Shown piece after piece: positions 40,721-50,840 of a stretch of 64,000 nt of DNA (positions are counted from its first letter, which is position 1; the number at the start of each line of letters is the position of its first letter). The notes beneath the pieces are model-generated. The model searched no databases and was not told the origin of the DNA. It worked only from the letters and a program-made list of their open reading frames with translations. Source of the DNA: an uncultured Eubacterium sp. (GTDB lineage: Bacteria > Bacillota > Clostridia > Lachnospirales > Lachnospiraceae); the NCBI GenBank assembly GCA_904420085.1, contig CAJFUA010000076.1, forward strand, positions 27,988-91,987, read 5' to 3'. The position numbers were made by a program, and so were the translations under genes.

Positions 40721-41575
40721 TTATCGACATTTATACTCCAATCTGATTTTATCAGCAATCAGAGCAATAAATTCTGAGTTGGTCGGTTTGCCTTTTTCAG
40801 CATTAATCGTATAACCGAATAATTCATCAATCGTATCCATTCTTCCACGGTTCCATGCCACTTCGATGGCATGGCGGATTGCTCTTTCTACTCTGCTGGA
40901 TGTGGTCTGAAATTTCTTTGCAATAGTCGGATACAATATTTTTGTGATAGAGTTAAGCATTTCCGTATCATTGACGGACATAATGATTGCTTCCCTCAAA
41001 TACTGATACCCTTTGATATGTGCAGGAACGCCCACATCATGAATAATGGCAGTCACGTCACTTTCAATGTTTCTGTCCATAAACTGCTGTCTGTCCTCTC
41101 CGGCATCAATAAATTTTTTATTCTCAGGAATCCGTTTATTATATGATTTAACACCTTTTACCCTGTCGATAATCATGTCTGTTTCAAAAGGCTTCAACAG
41201 ATAATATCCTGCTCCAAATCCAAAAGCATCCTGAATCACACTTTCTTTGCTGATGGCTGAAGTAATGATGAAAAAAGGCGTTTTAATCAGTGCACCTTCA
41301 TTATGTATCTTATTCATCAGAGATAATCCGTCCATTTTTGGCATAATCAAATCCAAAATCACAACGTCCGGATTTGTCTTTCTGATTAATTCATATGCTT
41401 CCTCTCCGTTTTTGGCTTTTCCCACGATTTTTATTGAAGAATCTTTTGTTAACGCTTCGCTGATACTCTCTATGACTTTCTCATTATCATCCACGATAGC
41501 TACGTTTACAATATTTGAGTTATTATTATAATTACCACTAATATTCATGCCGCGATTTGTAATAGTTCTATTCAT
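40721..41575 (-). CDS. spo0A: Sporulation master regulator Spo0A (with N-terminal extension)
   Basis: Receiver DDN...[10 protein letters not shown]...KPF; C-terminal [34 protein letters not shown]; start behind AGGAGG. Confidence 0.97.
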   Translation of the reverse strand: MNRTITNRGMNISGNYNNNSNIVNVAIVDDNEKVIESISEALTKDSSIKIVGKAKNGEEAYELIRKTNPDVVILDLIMPKMDGLSLMNKIHNEGALIKTPFFIITSAISKESVIQDAFGFGAGYYLLKPFETDMIIDRVKGVKSYNKRIPENKKFIDAGEDRQQFMDRNIESDVTAIIHDVGVPAHIKGYQYLREAIIMSVNDTEMLNSITKILYPTIAKKFQTTSSRVERAIRHAIEVAWNRGRMDTIDELFGYTINAEKGKPTNSEFIALIADKIRLEYKCR

Positions 41576-41587
41576 CTTTCCTCCTGT

Positions 41588-41694
41588 TTTGTCAAAATAC
41601 AGTACTGTTTGAATTCTTTTGACAAAGAAGATTATAGTTTGTTCTGAGAGGATGTTCAACTTAAACAAATCGCATAAAAACCGATATTTCGACA
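41588..41694 (-). promoter_or_regulatory. spo0A promoter region: sigma-A promoter plus 0A boxes
   Basis: TTGAAC(41659-54)-17-TATAAT(41636-31); perfect TGTCGAA at 41688-41694; inverted TGTCAAA pair at 41588-41626. Confidence 0.6.
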
Positions 41695-41795
41695 AAACGG
41701 TTTACATATAAAAAATCATTTTACATAAAAGCGTTTATTCTTTCATGAATCGAAAAAATAAAAGTCGAAAAAAAGAAAAAACAGTCAATATTTTC

Positions 41796-42545
41796 TTAAT
41801 TGATATAAACTAACATCTCTTCTTTTTCAGCCAGCTCAATCCTATATCCGTCCCGCAACTCGTAGTATACTTTCGGTTTTAATGAAGTACCGTTAATTTT
41901 TGTTCCATTGGTAGAATCATAGTCGGCAATCCGGTACTTACCATCTTTACAGGAAATAACCACATGTATCTTGGATATGTAAGATTGAGGAATATCAATG
42001 CTTGCATTCTCCCTGCCAATGGTAAACGGCGTGTTTTTAATTGCATATTTTTTGTTGTTGTAAATAATCATAGCTTCCGGAGCACTGTTCTGCACGTCTT
42101 TTTTATAATGCTTTGTGGCAGAAGCCTGTGCCTTCGGGGCCGTGCGTTTTTTTCTTAACTCTAAATTATATTCCGTAAAAGGATTTAGAACCATTCCGTT
42201 CAAATGTTCGCACTCATTCATAAACGTATAAGCATAAGATGCCGGCACCTTTATAAAAGAAAAGTTCTCCATATAATCGCCGGGGATCTGCTCATAAGAA
42301 GTAAATACCGGTAAAAGTCTGGCTCTTCCTCCGTCCTTTACAATGTCCGGTCTCAATGCCACTCCTTCTATGGTTTCCTCAAAAACATCTGCATCATCAA
42401 AGATGCTTCGCATTGCCATAATCACATCTGCTTTTTGAAATTTATCAACAATATCTTTCTTTTTTATTTTCTTTTCCGGTTTTTTGTTATATTTTTTTAT
42501 CATATCTTCTATCTGATATACTAATTCCGAATTATTCTTTGCCAT
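41796..42545 (-). CDS. SseB-like N-terminal domain + FHA domain protein
   Basis: PDIVKDG..LLPVFTSYEQIP..GMVLNPF (SseB-like); FTIGR, ISKIH, DSTNGT (FHA); AAGGAGG RBS before MAKNNS. Confidence 0.78.
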   Translation of the reverse strand: MAKNNSELVYQIEDMIKKYNKKPEKKIKKKDIVDKFQKADVIMAMRSIFDDADVFEETIEGVALRPDIVKDGGRARLLPVFTSYEQIPGDYMENFSFIKVPASYAYTFMNECEHLNGMVLNPFTEYNLELRKKRTAPKAQASATKHYKKDVQNSAPEAMIIYNNKKYAIKNTPFTIGRENASIDIPQSYISKIHVVISCKDGKYRIADYDSTNGTKINGTSLKPKVYYELRDGYRIELAEKEEMLVYIN

Positions 42546-42640
42546 ACTTCCTCCTTGTTTTCCGACAATAACGTCCATCTCAAATACTGTTTTCATTATA
42601 CTACAAAATTCGACTGATTAATATAGAAAATAATGAATTT

Positions 42641-43864
42641 TTAATTTTCCGTGATCATATTTTCCGCAAAAATACCATAACCTTTGGTCGGATCGTTTAC
42701 CATTACATGTGTTACTGCTCCAACCACTTTATTGTTCTGTATAATCGGGCAGCCGCTCATCCCCTGAACGATTCCGTTGGTTTTTTCCAATAAATCTTTA
42801 TCTACAATTCGAATAACCATATTTTTTTCCTTATTGTTTTTATTGATTTCTATAATTTCAATATCATACAGGTTAACCTGATTATTGATAATAAACTGAA
42901 TTTTTGCTTTTCCCTTTTCTATTTCACCATTCAGTGCCACTTCCATTTTTTTGATATTGTATTCCCGATTTATGGGCTCATTGATGATTCCGTTAATACC
43001 GCTGGTATTGTTGGATAATATGGATCCGATCACATTTTCCTTATTATATTTAATCGTTCCGCATAATCCGCCCGGCGTTCCTTTTTTTCCTTTTTTTACT
43101 CCCCAGATATTGGCATTGTAGATGGTTCCCTCATGAGAAGATAAAAGTTTTCCTGTATCTATATCGCTGATTCCATGTCCCAGTGCATAATATTTTTCAC
43201 CACAGATAAAAGAAAGACTTCCTATCCCCTGAGAGTCATCTCTTACCCATATACCAAGCATATATTCGCCGTTTTTTGTCTCTACCGGCTGAATAAGGGT
43301 GGTTCTTATGCCCACATCGGATTTAATTGTCAATGAGACTTTTTTATTTTTATTTTCACTAATCAGATATTGTAACTGGGCTTTATTACTAATCCGCTCG
43401 TCATTAAATTTTACAATATATTCCCCGGCATAAACTTTCCCTTCTGCGGGAGATATCTCCTTACCGTCCTTGTTTTCAATTTTTCCGGAATCAATAATCA
43501 TAACCCCCTGGGTTTTCAGGTATAAACCTATCGGCAGCCCGATCGGATACACATACGTTTTATCAATGACTTTGACTTTTGCATCCTTTACCGTAAACAA
43601 ACCAAACAATTTGTATTTTCCATTATAATTTCCCTTTTCTCCTGAATGTATATTATTTTTTCCGGTAAAATTAATACTTTTTTCACCACTTACATCTAGA
43701 GATACAGGTATGGCAAAATTGTACTTTGTTGTTTGATTGGAATTTACAAAAATTGTATTGGGAAGGTTATTATTGATATATAATATCCCTGACACAATTA
43801 CTATCAGCAATGCCGTCAAAATTGATGCGATTAAACAATTTTTATAAGTTTTCTTCATTTCCAT
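42641..43864 (-). CDS. spoIVB: SpoIVB peptidase (S55)
   Basis: GIWVRD, ALGHGISDIDTG, GIVQGMSGCPIIQ, GAVTHV, GYGIF. Confidence 0.95.
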   Translation of the reverse strand: MEMKKTYKNCLIASILTALLIVIVSGILYINNNLPNTIFVNSNQTTKYNFAIPVSLDVSGEKSINFTGKNNIHSGEKGNYNGKYKLFGLFTVKDAKVKVIDKTYVYPIGLPIGLYLKTQGVMIIDSGKIENKDGKEISPAEGKVYAGEYIVKFNDERISNKAQLQYLISENKNKKVSLTIKSDVGIRTTLIQPVETKNGEYMLGIWVRDDSQGIGSLSFICGEKYYALGHGISDIDTGKLLSSHEGTIYNANIWGVKKGKKGTPGGLCGTIKYNKENVIGSILSNNTSGINGIINEPINREYNIKKMEVALNGEIEKGKAKIQFIINNQVNLYDIEIIEINKNNKEKNMVIRIVDKDLLEKTNGIVQGMSGCPIIQNNKVVGAVTHVMVNDPTKGYGIFAENMITEN

Positions 43865-43910
43865 ACCTCCAAATCAAATTTTATTCTTCCGTCTTTTTAT
43901 TTATTCACGA

Positions 43911-43943
43911 AAAAAAAGAAGGAAGACTTTTAATCTCCTTCTT
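43911..43943 (-). terminator. Terminator after recN
   Basis: Minus strand AAGAAGGAGA...TCTTCCTTCTT followed by a T-run. Confidence 0.55.
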
Positions 43944-43964
43944 AATATTCCAAAAAACAATTGT

Positions 43965-45653
43965 TTAAACCAAGTTACTTTTTGTTCTATCTGCCATATC
44001 TTTCATTTCCATTGCATGTGACATGGCAGCATTTGTTATGGTTCCGTCGCCATTCATTCGCACAAGTTCCCGAACGGATTCATCTCTGCGCAACGGATAA
44101 ATATTTGTAAATGTGGCATCATTTTCTAATTTTTTTTCAATTAAATAATGACTGTCCGCCATTGCTGCAATCTGTGCCAGATGGGAGATACATACAACCT
44201 GATGGTTAACACTTATTTTTGCCAGTTTTTCTGCTACCATACTTGCAGTTTTTCCGCTGATTCCTGTATCAATCTCATCAAAAATCAAAGTTTCTATTTC
44301 ATCCTCTGTTGCCAATATGGACTTGACCGCCAGCATGATACGGGAAAGTTCACCGCCGGAAGCTACTTTTGCCAACGGTTTCAACGGTTCTCCCGGATTG
44401 GTGGAAATCATAAATTCCACATGGTCATACCCGTTTTCAGAAAAATTTTCTTTTTTTTGTATATCAATTTTAAAAGAAACAGACAGAAAATTTAAATCCG
44501 TCAGTGCTTTTATTACCAATTCTTCCAATATCAACGCTGCCTTCCGGCGTTTTACGGACAATTCTTCACAGACCTGTTGCATCTGATTTTCCAATCGAGC
44601 TGACTGTTCTTTGATTTTTTCTTTCTCATCATCATAATTTTTTAAATTTTCTAAATAGTTCTGCTTCTCATCCCGGTACTTTAAAATTTCTTCAATGGTT
44701 CTTCCATATTTTAATTTTAAGTGATTGATTGTATCCAGTCTGTCTTCCACTTCCTTCACATACGCCGGATCATAGTCAAGACTGTTGCTGTAATCCACAA
44801 TTTCACCGGTTAAATCCCTGCACAGGGAATCTATATCACAGATGGTCTCCCGGAACTGTTCTACTTTATCATCAAAACCTTTGAAACTGTTGATACGGGA
44901 AACGGCTCTTCCAATCAGACTGCCTGCTCCATTGTCAGATTCATAATTCAGATACTGATATACCTCTGCCAGTCCTGCAGAAATTTCCTGACTTCCCGAC
45001 AATTTTTTAAATTCGTCTTCTAACTGTATATCTTCATCCGGTTTTAAATCTGCTAAATCAATTTCGTTCACTTCATATTCCGCAAATTCAATTTCTCTTG
45101 CCCGTTTTGCTTCATCCATATCATAGTTTTCCAATTTTTTCTGCAAAGCAACATACTCTGCATAAAGTTCTTTTAGTTCTCTTTTTTCGCCGGCAATCTG
45201 ATCTTTTGCATATTTATCCAATATTTTTAAATGATTTTGCGGATATAATAAAGACTGATGATCATGTTGTCCGTGAATATCCACTAACATTCCCATGACT
45301 TCTTTTAATGTATGAATATTTACGGTTTCTCCATTAATTTTTGACACGCTTCTGCCTTCGGATATTTTTCTTGTTACAGTAACAGTATTGTCCTCTCCCA
45401 CATAAATATCCATATCTTTTATTTTTTTTATGATTTCATCTTTTACGGAAAATGTCAATTCCACAATGGAAAACTCGGCTCCTGTCCGTATCATGTCTTT
45501 GGACACTTTATTTCCAAGTGCAATATTTACGGAGCCTAATATCAACGATTTTCCTGCTCCGGTTTCTCCTGTCAGCACAATGAGACCATTTTTAAAATCC
45601 ACATCTACTTCCTGAATCAGTGCAAGATTTTTTACGTGCAAATTAATCAGCAT
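43965..45653 (-). CDS. recN: DNA repair protein RecN
   Basis: TGETGAGKS, IHGQH, ASGGELSR, FDEIDTGISG, SHLAQIAA; start MLINLH. Confidence 0.97.
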   Translation of the reverse strand: MLINLHVKNLALIQEVDVDFKNGLIVLTGETGAGKSLILGSVNIALGNKVSKDMIRTGAEFSIVELTFSVKDEIIKKIKDMDIYVGEDNTVTVTRKISEGRSVSKINGETVNIHTLKEVMGMLVDIHGQHDHQSLLYPQNHLKILDKYAKDQIAGEKRELKELYAEYVALQKKLENYDMDEAKRAREIEFAEYEVNEIDLADLKPDEDIQLEDEFKKLSGSQEISAGLAEVYQYLNYESDNGAGSLIGRAVSRINSFKGFDDKVEQFRETICDIDSLCRDLTGEIVDYSNSLDYDPAYVKEVEDRLDTINHLKLKYGRTIEEILKYRDEKQNYLENLKNYDDEKEKIKEQSARLENQMQQVCEELSVKRRKAALILEELVIKALTDLNFLSVSFKIDIQKKENFSENGYDHVEFMISTNPGEPLKPLAKVASGGELSRIMLAVKSILATEDEIETLIFDEIDTGISGKTASMVAEKLAKISVNHQVVCISHLAQIAAMADSHYLIEKKLENDATFTNIYPLRRDESVRELVRMNGDGTITNAAMSHAMEMKDMADRTKSNLV

Positions 45654-45687
45654 ATTTCCTCCTTCTTGTGCTTCTCTCTTTTCTTTC

Positions 45688-46137
45688 TCATACAATCATG
45701 CTGTTTATCATTTCTTTTACATGGAACGCTTCTTCTGCATCCTTTATGACGCACAGGATTGTATCATCACCTGCAATACATCCTAAAACTTCTTCAATAT
45801 GCATTGCATCCACTGCGGCGCCCACTGCCATTGCCATACCGGACACAGTTTTTATCACCAGCATGTTTCCGGCACAGTCCATGGAAAGAATCCCGTCTTT
45901 CAGCACCCGCATATATTTGCTGTCATCAGTAATTGCTGCCGCCACCGGCGCCGTATATTTCTGACCGCCGCTGCCGGATGCCGTCTTTAATAAGTTCAGT
46001 TCTCTGATATCCCTTGATACCGTGGCCTGAGTTACCTGATAACCGCTTTCCATTAATTTTTTTGCAAGTTCTTCCTGAGTTTCTATATCATATTCTGAAA
46101 TTAATTCGATGATTTTTCTCTGTCTCTTTGCTTTCAT
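45688..46137 (-). CDS. argR: Arginine repressor
   Basis: TQEEL, VTQATVSRDIREL, IAGDDTI. Confidence 0.96.
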   Translation of the reverse strand: MKAKRQRKIIELISEYDIETQEELAKKLMESGYQVTQATVSRDIRELNLLKTASGSGGQKYTAPVAAAITDDSKYMRVLKDGILSMDCAGNMLVIKTVSGMAMAVGAAVDAMHIEEVLGCIAGDDTILCVIKDAEEAFHVKEMINSMIV

Positions 46138-46148
46138 AATTACTCCAT

Positions 46149-47003
46149 TTATTTCAGTTTATCTTTCACTGCCTGCAGAAAACTTGCCTCATCAATCTTG
46201 GCTATTTTCGTCGTCTTATCTGCCTCACTGATACAAATCACATCACCGGATATCATATTAAAAATACCGTCGCCGTCAAAAGCGGCTTTTCTGTGTTCTT
46301 CATTGGGCGTTCTGCATTGTCCCACTTTCACTTCTATTTTATCATTCCTCGATAAGATAATACTTCTGTTTGCTAATGTATGAGGACAAATCGGTGTCAG
46401 CATAATCATGTGGGAATCCGGTCTTGCCACCGGCCCTCCTGCCGACAGATTGTATGCCGTAGAGCCGGTAGGCGTGGACAGTATAATACCGTCTGCGTGA
46501 TAAGTGCCGAGTAATTCGCCGTTTACAAATACCTCATAATCTGTAATGGCAAGTTCATCTCCTCTGTGTATGACTATATCATTCAAAACGATAGCAGAAT
46601 ATACCTGTTTCCCGTTTCTTCTGATATCTCCCTTTAACATCATTCTGGATTCCACATGGAACTGATTATTTAGCAGTTTATCCAAAGCCGTTTCCAAAGC
46701 ATCCGGGGATATTTCCGCCAGAAATCCCAAAGTTCCCCGGTTGACGCCTACAAAAACCACATCTAAGTCCATCAGATCCTGCGCCGCATGCAGCAGTGTT
46801 CCGTCTCCGCCAATGCTAATAATACATTCCGTACCATCAGGGATATCTTTTGCAGACAATATCTTAAATTCCCCTGTTTTTGTATCCATGTTTTCAACGA
46901 TTTCACAACTGCCGCCGCCACTATGTATATAATCAGAAATAGCATGGGCTGTCATTAACTGTTTATCTTTCAAATGATTTGTAACCACACAAAATTTCTT
47001 CAT
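46149..47003 (-). CDS. nadK: NAD kinase
   Basis: GGDGT, GTLGFL, LND, TPTGSTAYNLSAGGP, PICPH. Confidence 0.96.
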   Translation of the reverse strand: MKKFCVVTNHLKDKQLMTAHAISDYIHSGGGSCEIVENMDTKTGEFKILSAKDIPDGTECIISIGGDGTLLHAAQDLMDLDVVFVGVNRGTLGFLAEISPDALETALDKLLNNQFHVESRMMLKGDIRRNGKQVYSAIVLNDIVIHRGDELAITDYEVFVNGELLGTYHADGIILSTPTGSTAYNLSAGGPVARPDSHMIMLTPICPHTLANRSIILSRNDKIEVKVGQCRTPNEEHRKAAFDGDGIFNMISGDVICISEADKTTKIAKIDEASFLQAVKDKLK

Positions 47004-47006
47004 TTT

Positions 47007-47822
47007 CTACCTCTGTTTATCCAATGCAAAATGAGATGCTTCTGCCACCTCCATGGCAGAGATTTTCGTTTTCTCTTTTCCTTCATGTTTTTGCGTATTT
47101 TGTAAATACAGCAGATATTCAATATTTCCCTCCGGACCTTTTACCGGCGAGAAGTCTAAATTCAATATATCAAATCCAATCCTTTTTGCAAAGTCCATCA
47201 CATCTTCAATGACCTGCACATGAATCTTTTTGTCACGGACTACTCCTTTTTTCCCCACATTTTCTCTGCCCGCCTCAAATTGCGGTTTAATCAGACAGAC
47301 AATCTGACCGTCCTCTGTCAAAAGGTTTTTGACCGGGAGAAGGACTTTCGTCAGCGATATAAAAGAAACATCAATGGAGGCGAATTGAATTTTATCTTCA
47401 ATATCCTCAGGGGTGACATACCGGATATTGGTTCTGTCCATACAGATGACCCTTTCATCCTGAAGCAGTTTCCACGCCAACTGACCGTGTCCCACATCCA
47501 CGGAATAGACTTTGACTGCTCCGTTCTGCAGCATACAATCCGTAAATCCGCCGGTGGATGCACCCACATCCATGCAGCTTTTCCCCTCTAACTGCACGCC
47601 GAAATTTTCCATTGCCTTTTCCAATTTTAATCCGCCACGGCTTACATATTTCAGTGTTTTTCCCCGCACTTCGATATGCACCTTCTCGTCAAAAAAAGTT
47701 CCCGCCTTATCCTCTCTCTGATTATCCACAAAAACAATCCCACTCATAATAATTGTTTTCGCCTTTTCTCTGGAAGGCGCCAGATTTCTTTTTACAAGTA
47801 ATACGTCTAATCTTTCTTTCAT
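47007..47822 (-). CDS. tlyA: TlyA family rRNA 2'-O-methyltransferase
   Basis: S4 domain, YVSRGGLKL, DVGASTGGFTD, DVSFISL, KPQFEAG, GNIEY. Confidence 0.95.
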   Translation of the reverse strand: MKERLDVLLVKRNLAPSREKAKTIIMSGIVFVDNQREDKAGTFFDEKVHIEVRGKTLKYVSRGGLKLEKAMENFGVQLEGKSCMDVGASTGGFTDCMLQNGAVKVYSVDVGHGQLAWKLLQDERVICMDRTNIRYVTPEDIEDKIQFASIDVSFISLTKVLLPVKNLLTEDGQIVCLIKPQFEAGRENVGKKGVVRDKKIHVQVIEDVMDFAKRIGFDILNLDFSPVKGPEGNIEYLLYLQNTQKHEGKEKTKISAMEVAEASHFALDKQR

Positions 47823-49693
47823 TTCGTCAATTCTAAAACCTTTTCATATATTTGTTTGTAACTGATTCCGATTCTCTCTCTCAAATCGCCGATTTTTCCC
47901 TGCGGCACAAATTGGTCTTCGATTGCCATCACATGCACGTCGGTATTCAGATTCTGTTCGTGAACATAGGTTTCTACAGCCTCGCCGTATCCTCCTTTTT
48001 TGATGGCTTCTTCAATAACTACAATTACCTTATGTTTCAGTGCTACTTTCTCTATCATACGGATATCCAGTGGTTTAATAAATCTGGCGTCTACCAGCGT
48101 TGGGAAAACACGTTCTTTTTTTAAAAGTTCCACCGCCCTGTATGCTTCCTCAAACATATTGCCTACGGTAATAATGGCAATATCCTTTCCTTTCTCTACC
48201 AATGCACTTTTTCCAAATTTAAAGGGATTCTCCTTGCCAGACCGGCTGACAGGAGCATCTCCTTTCGGAAATCTGACCGCAACAGGTCCGTTGTAGGCAA
48301 TGGCAAATTTCGTTGCTTCCACCAGTTCTCTTGTATCTCTCGGCGCAACGATAACCATATTGGGCATGGCGGACAAAAAAGATATGTCAAATATCCCCTG
48401 ATGCGTCTCTCCATCCTGTCCTACCAGACCCGCCCGGTCTATAATCATTACCACCGGAAGATTCTGTAAACAGACGTCATGCAGTATCTGGTCATAGGCT
48501 CTCTGATAGAAGGAGGAATAGATCGATACAACCGGCTTATAGCCGGATACGGCCATTCCCGCCGCAAAAGTGACGGCATGTTCCTCCGCAATCCCCACAT
48601 CAAAAAATCTGTCAGGGTAATTTTTTTGAAATCTGAAAAGACCTGTTCCATCCGGCATTGCCGCAGTAATTGCTACAATTTTTTCATTATCTTTTGCCAG
48701 TTTTACCAAAGTTCTGGAGAAAATTTCGGTATAACTCATTACATTTGGTAAATGTTTTTTGGATATCTCCTCTCCGGTTTCAATATCAAATGTTCCAATT
48801 CCATGAAATTTGGACGGATTATTTTCAGCGAAAGTATATCCTTTTCCCTTCACTGTCTTCACATGAATGACAATGGGATGGTCAATTTTTAATGCATTAT
48901 GAAAAATTTCAATCATTCCCTGAATATCATGTCCGTCAATCGGTCCGATATAAGTAATTCCCAAATCATCAAAAAGTCCGCCTGAAATAATTAAATTCTT
49001 CAAACTGTCCTTTGTTCTTTTGATTCTCTCTACTAATTTATGTCCGATTTTGGGAATTCTGCTGAGATGGGTTTCCACATCTTCCTTAAAGTCGTTGTAA
49101 TGTTCGCCTACACGAAATTTACTTAAATAATTGGACATGCTTCCCACATTTTCGGAGATGGACATATTGTTGTCATTTAATATAATCACAAAATTTCTTT
49201 TTAAACTGGCTGCATTGTTTAAGGCCTCCAGCGCCATACCTCCTGTAAGTGCTCCATCTCCGATGACGGCTACGATTTTGTCGCTGCGTTTTTCCAATTG
49301 ATTTGCTGCGGCCATACCCAAAGCTGCAGAAATCGATGTGGAACTGTGTCCTGTGTCAAAGGTATCGCAGGCACTTTCATGCCTTTTGGGAAATCCGCTT
49401 AGTCCGTCTATCTGCCGGAGTCTGTCAAACTGTTCTTTTCTTCCTGTTAATATTTTATGTGTGTATGCCTGATGTCCCACATCCCATACAATTTTATCTT
49501 TAGGCAGTTCGAGGACAGAATGCAGTGCAATGGTCAGTTCCACCGTGCCCAAATTTGAAGCCAGATGTCCTCCTGTCTTACTCACTTTGTCTATTAAAAA
49601 CGCCCTGATCTCTTCTGCAAGTTCTGAATATTTTGCCGAATCTATTTTTTTTATATCATTTTCTTTATTAATTCTATCTAAAATTTGTCCCAT
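47819..49693 (-). CDS. dxs: 1-deoxy-D-xylulose-5-phosphate synthase
   Basis: GGHLASNLG, WDVGHQ, GDGALTGGMALEALNN, GIAEEHAV, DGETHQG. Confidence 0.98.
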   Translation of the reverse strand: MGQILDRINKENDIKKIDSAKYSELAEEIRAFLIDKVSKTGGHLASNLGTVELTIALHSVLELPKDKIVWDVGHQAYTHKILTGRKEQFDRLRQIDGLSGFPKRHESACDTFDTGHSSTSISAALGMAAANQLEKRSDKIVAVIGDGALTGGMALEALNNAASLKRNFVIILNDNNMSISENVGSMSNYLSKFRVGEHYNDFKEDVETHLSRIPKIGHKLVERIKRTKDSLKNLIISGGLFDDLGITYIGPIDGHDIQGMIEIFHNALKIDHPIVIHVKTVKGKGYTFAENNPSKFHGIGTFDIETGEEISKKHLPNVMSYTEIFSRTLVKLAKDNEKIVAITAAMPDGTGLFRFQKNYPDRFFDVGIAEEHAVTFAAGMAVSGYKPVVSIYSSFYQRAYDQILHDVCLQNLPVVMIIDRAGLVGQDGETHQGIFDISFLSAMPNMVIVAPRDTRELVEATKFAIAYNGPVAVRFPKGDAPVSRSGKENPFKFGKSALVEKGKDIAIITVGNMFEEAYRAVELLKKERVFPTLVDARFIKPLDIRMIEKVALKHKVIVVIEEAIKKGGYGEAVETYVHEQNLNTDVHVMAIEDQFVPQGKIGDLRERIGISYKQIYEKVLELTK

Positions 49694-49747
49694 AGTTTAC
49701 TCCTGATGATTTCATAAAAAACAGATGGCTTTTATAAAGTCATAGGT

Positions 49748-50638
49748 TTATTTTTCTCTATTTATTAACTGTATAATTAACTGCCGCAAAAAATCAGTGT
49801 TTTTATTTAGTTCATCCAACAAGGCGATTGCCTCCCTGGAATACTGTTCTACATTTTTTCCGGATTGTTCAATCCCACATATGGAAACATATGTAACTTT
49901 TTGATTTTTTTCATCGCTGTGTACCGGTTTTCCGAGTACTTCCGTAGTACTGGTCACATCTAAAATATCATCCTGTATCTGAAAAGCAATCCCAATATTT
50001 TTTGCAATTCTTTCTATGATTTTTACCTGATTTTCATCAGCACCGCCTAAAACAGCGCCTGCCATCATGGATGCTTCAATCAGGGCAGCTGTCTTTAAAT
50101 TATGGATATACATGATGGTGTCCAGATCCATTTTCTTCCCGTCATTGATAACGTCTACGGTCTGTCCGCCTACCATGCCGTAAACCCCTGACTTTTCGGC
50201 AATCACAGCCATAGCCTTCGCCGCACGGTATGGGCGCTCTGCATTTAAAACGGCACGGCTCATCACCTCATAAGCCAGATTTAAAAGTCCGTCACCCGCC
50301 AGAATTCCCAAATTCTCTCCAAATTTTGCATGGGTGGTCTTTTTTCCCCTGCGATATTCATCATTATCCATGGCCGGTAAGTCGTCGTGAACCAGCGAAT
50401 AAGTGTGAATCATTTCAATGGCAGCCATAAACGGAAAGACCTGTTTTGTATTTTCAGCAAATAATTTTGCAGTCTCCAGCATCAGCATTGGCCGCAGTCT
50501 CTTTCCTCCGGCTTTTACACTGTAATTCATGGCCTGTAAAATAATTTTCTGCTTTCCTTCCTCTTTTGGCAAAAATCCGTAAACAATTTCTTCTACATAT
50601 TTTGTCTGTTCCGCCAATTCTTTATTGAAATCCGTCAT
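49748..50638 (-). CDS. ispA: Polyprenyl (farnesyl) diphosphate synthase
   Basis: GGKRLRP, HDDLPAMD, RRG, KT, FQIQDD; likely start MTDFNK. Confidence 0.93.
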   Translation of the reverse strand: MTDFNKELAEQTKYVEEIVYGFLPKEEGKQKIILQAMNYSVKAGGKRLRPMLMLETAKLFAENTKQVFPFMAAIEMIHTYSLVHDDLPAMDNDEYRRGKKTTHAKFGENLGILAGDGLLNLAYEVMSRAVLNAERPYRAAKAMAVIAEKSGVYGMVGGQTVDVINDGKKMDLDTIMYIHNLKTAALIEASMMAGAVLGGADENQVKIIERIAKNIGIAFQIQDDILDVTSTTEVLGKPVHSDEKNQKVTYVSICGIEQSGKNVEQYSREAIALLDELNKNTDFLRQLIIQLINREK

Positions 50639-50840
50639 AACCTTTTTCATCCTGTTCTTCATTGATTATTTGTATCTGCTTCTCAATATGATCGATCTGG
50701 GAATTACAGTCTTTCACAAGTTTTAATCCCTGATGATATAATTCAAAAGATTTCTCCAAGGTAACGTCTTCCTTTTGCATATTTTCAATAATTGTTTCGA
50801 TTTCTTCAAAATTTTGTTCGATTGTCTTTTTATTTTCCAT
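50622..50840 (-). CDS. xseB: Exodeoxyribonuclease VII small subunit
   Basis: IETIIENMQ..LEKSFELYHQGLKLVKDC; follows xseA. Confidence 0.92.
   Translation of the reverse strand: MENKKTIEQNFEEIETIIENMQKEDVTLEKSFELYHQGLKLVKDCNSQIDHIEKQIQIINEEQDEKGYDGFQ

Noticed and set aside
41576-41695. Longer 324-aa Spo0A and other upstream-extended ORFs (recX to 31110, scpA to 20810, xerD to 26617, recN to 45695)
   Set aside because: Extensions run through promoters or upstream genes; better RBS and homology starts lie downstream
47007-47822. TlyA as a haemolysin virulence factor
   Set aside because: Standard dxs-tlyA-nadK housekeeping context with intact methyltransferase motifs
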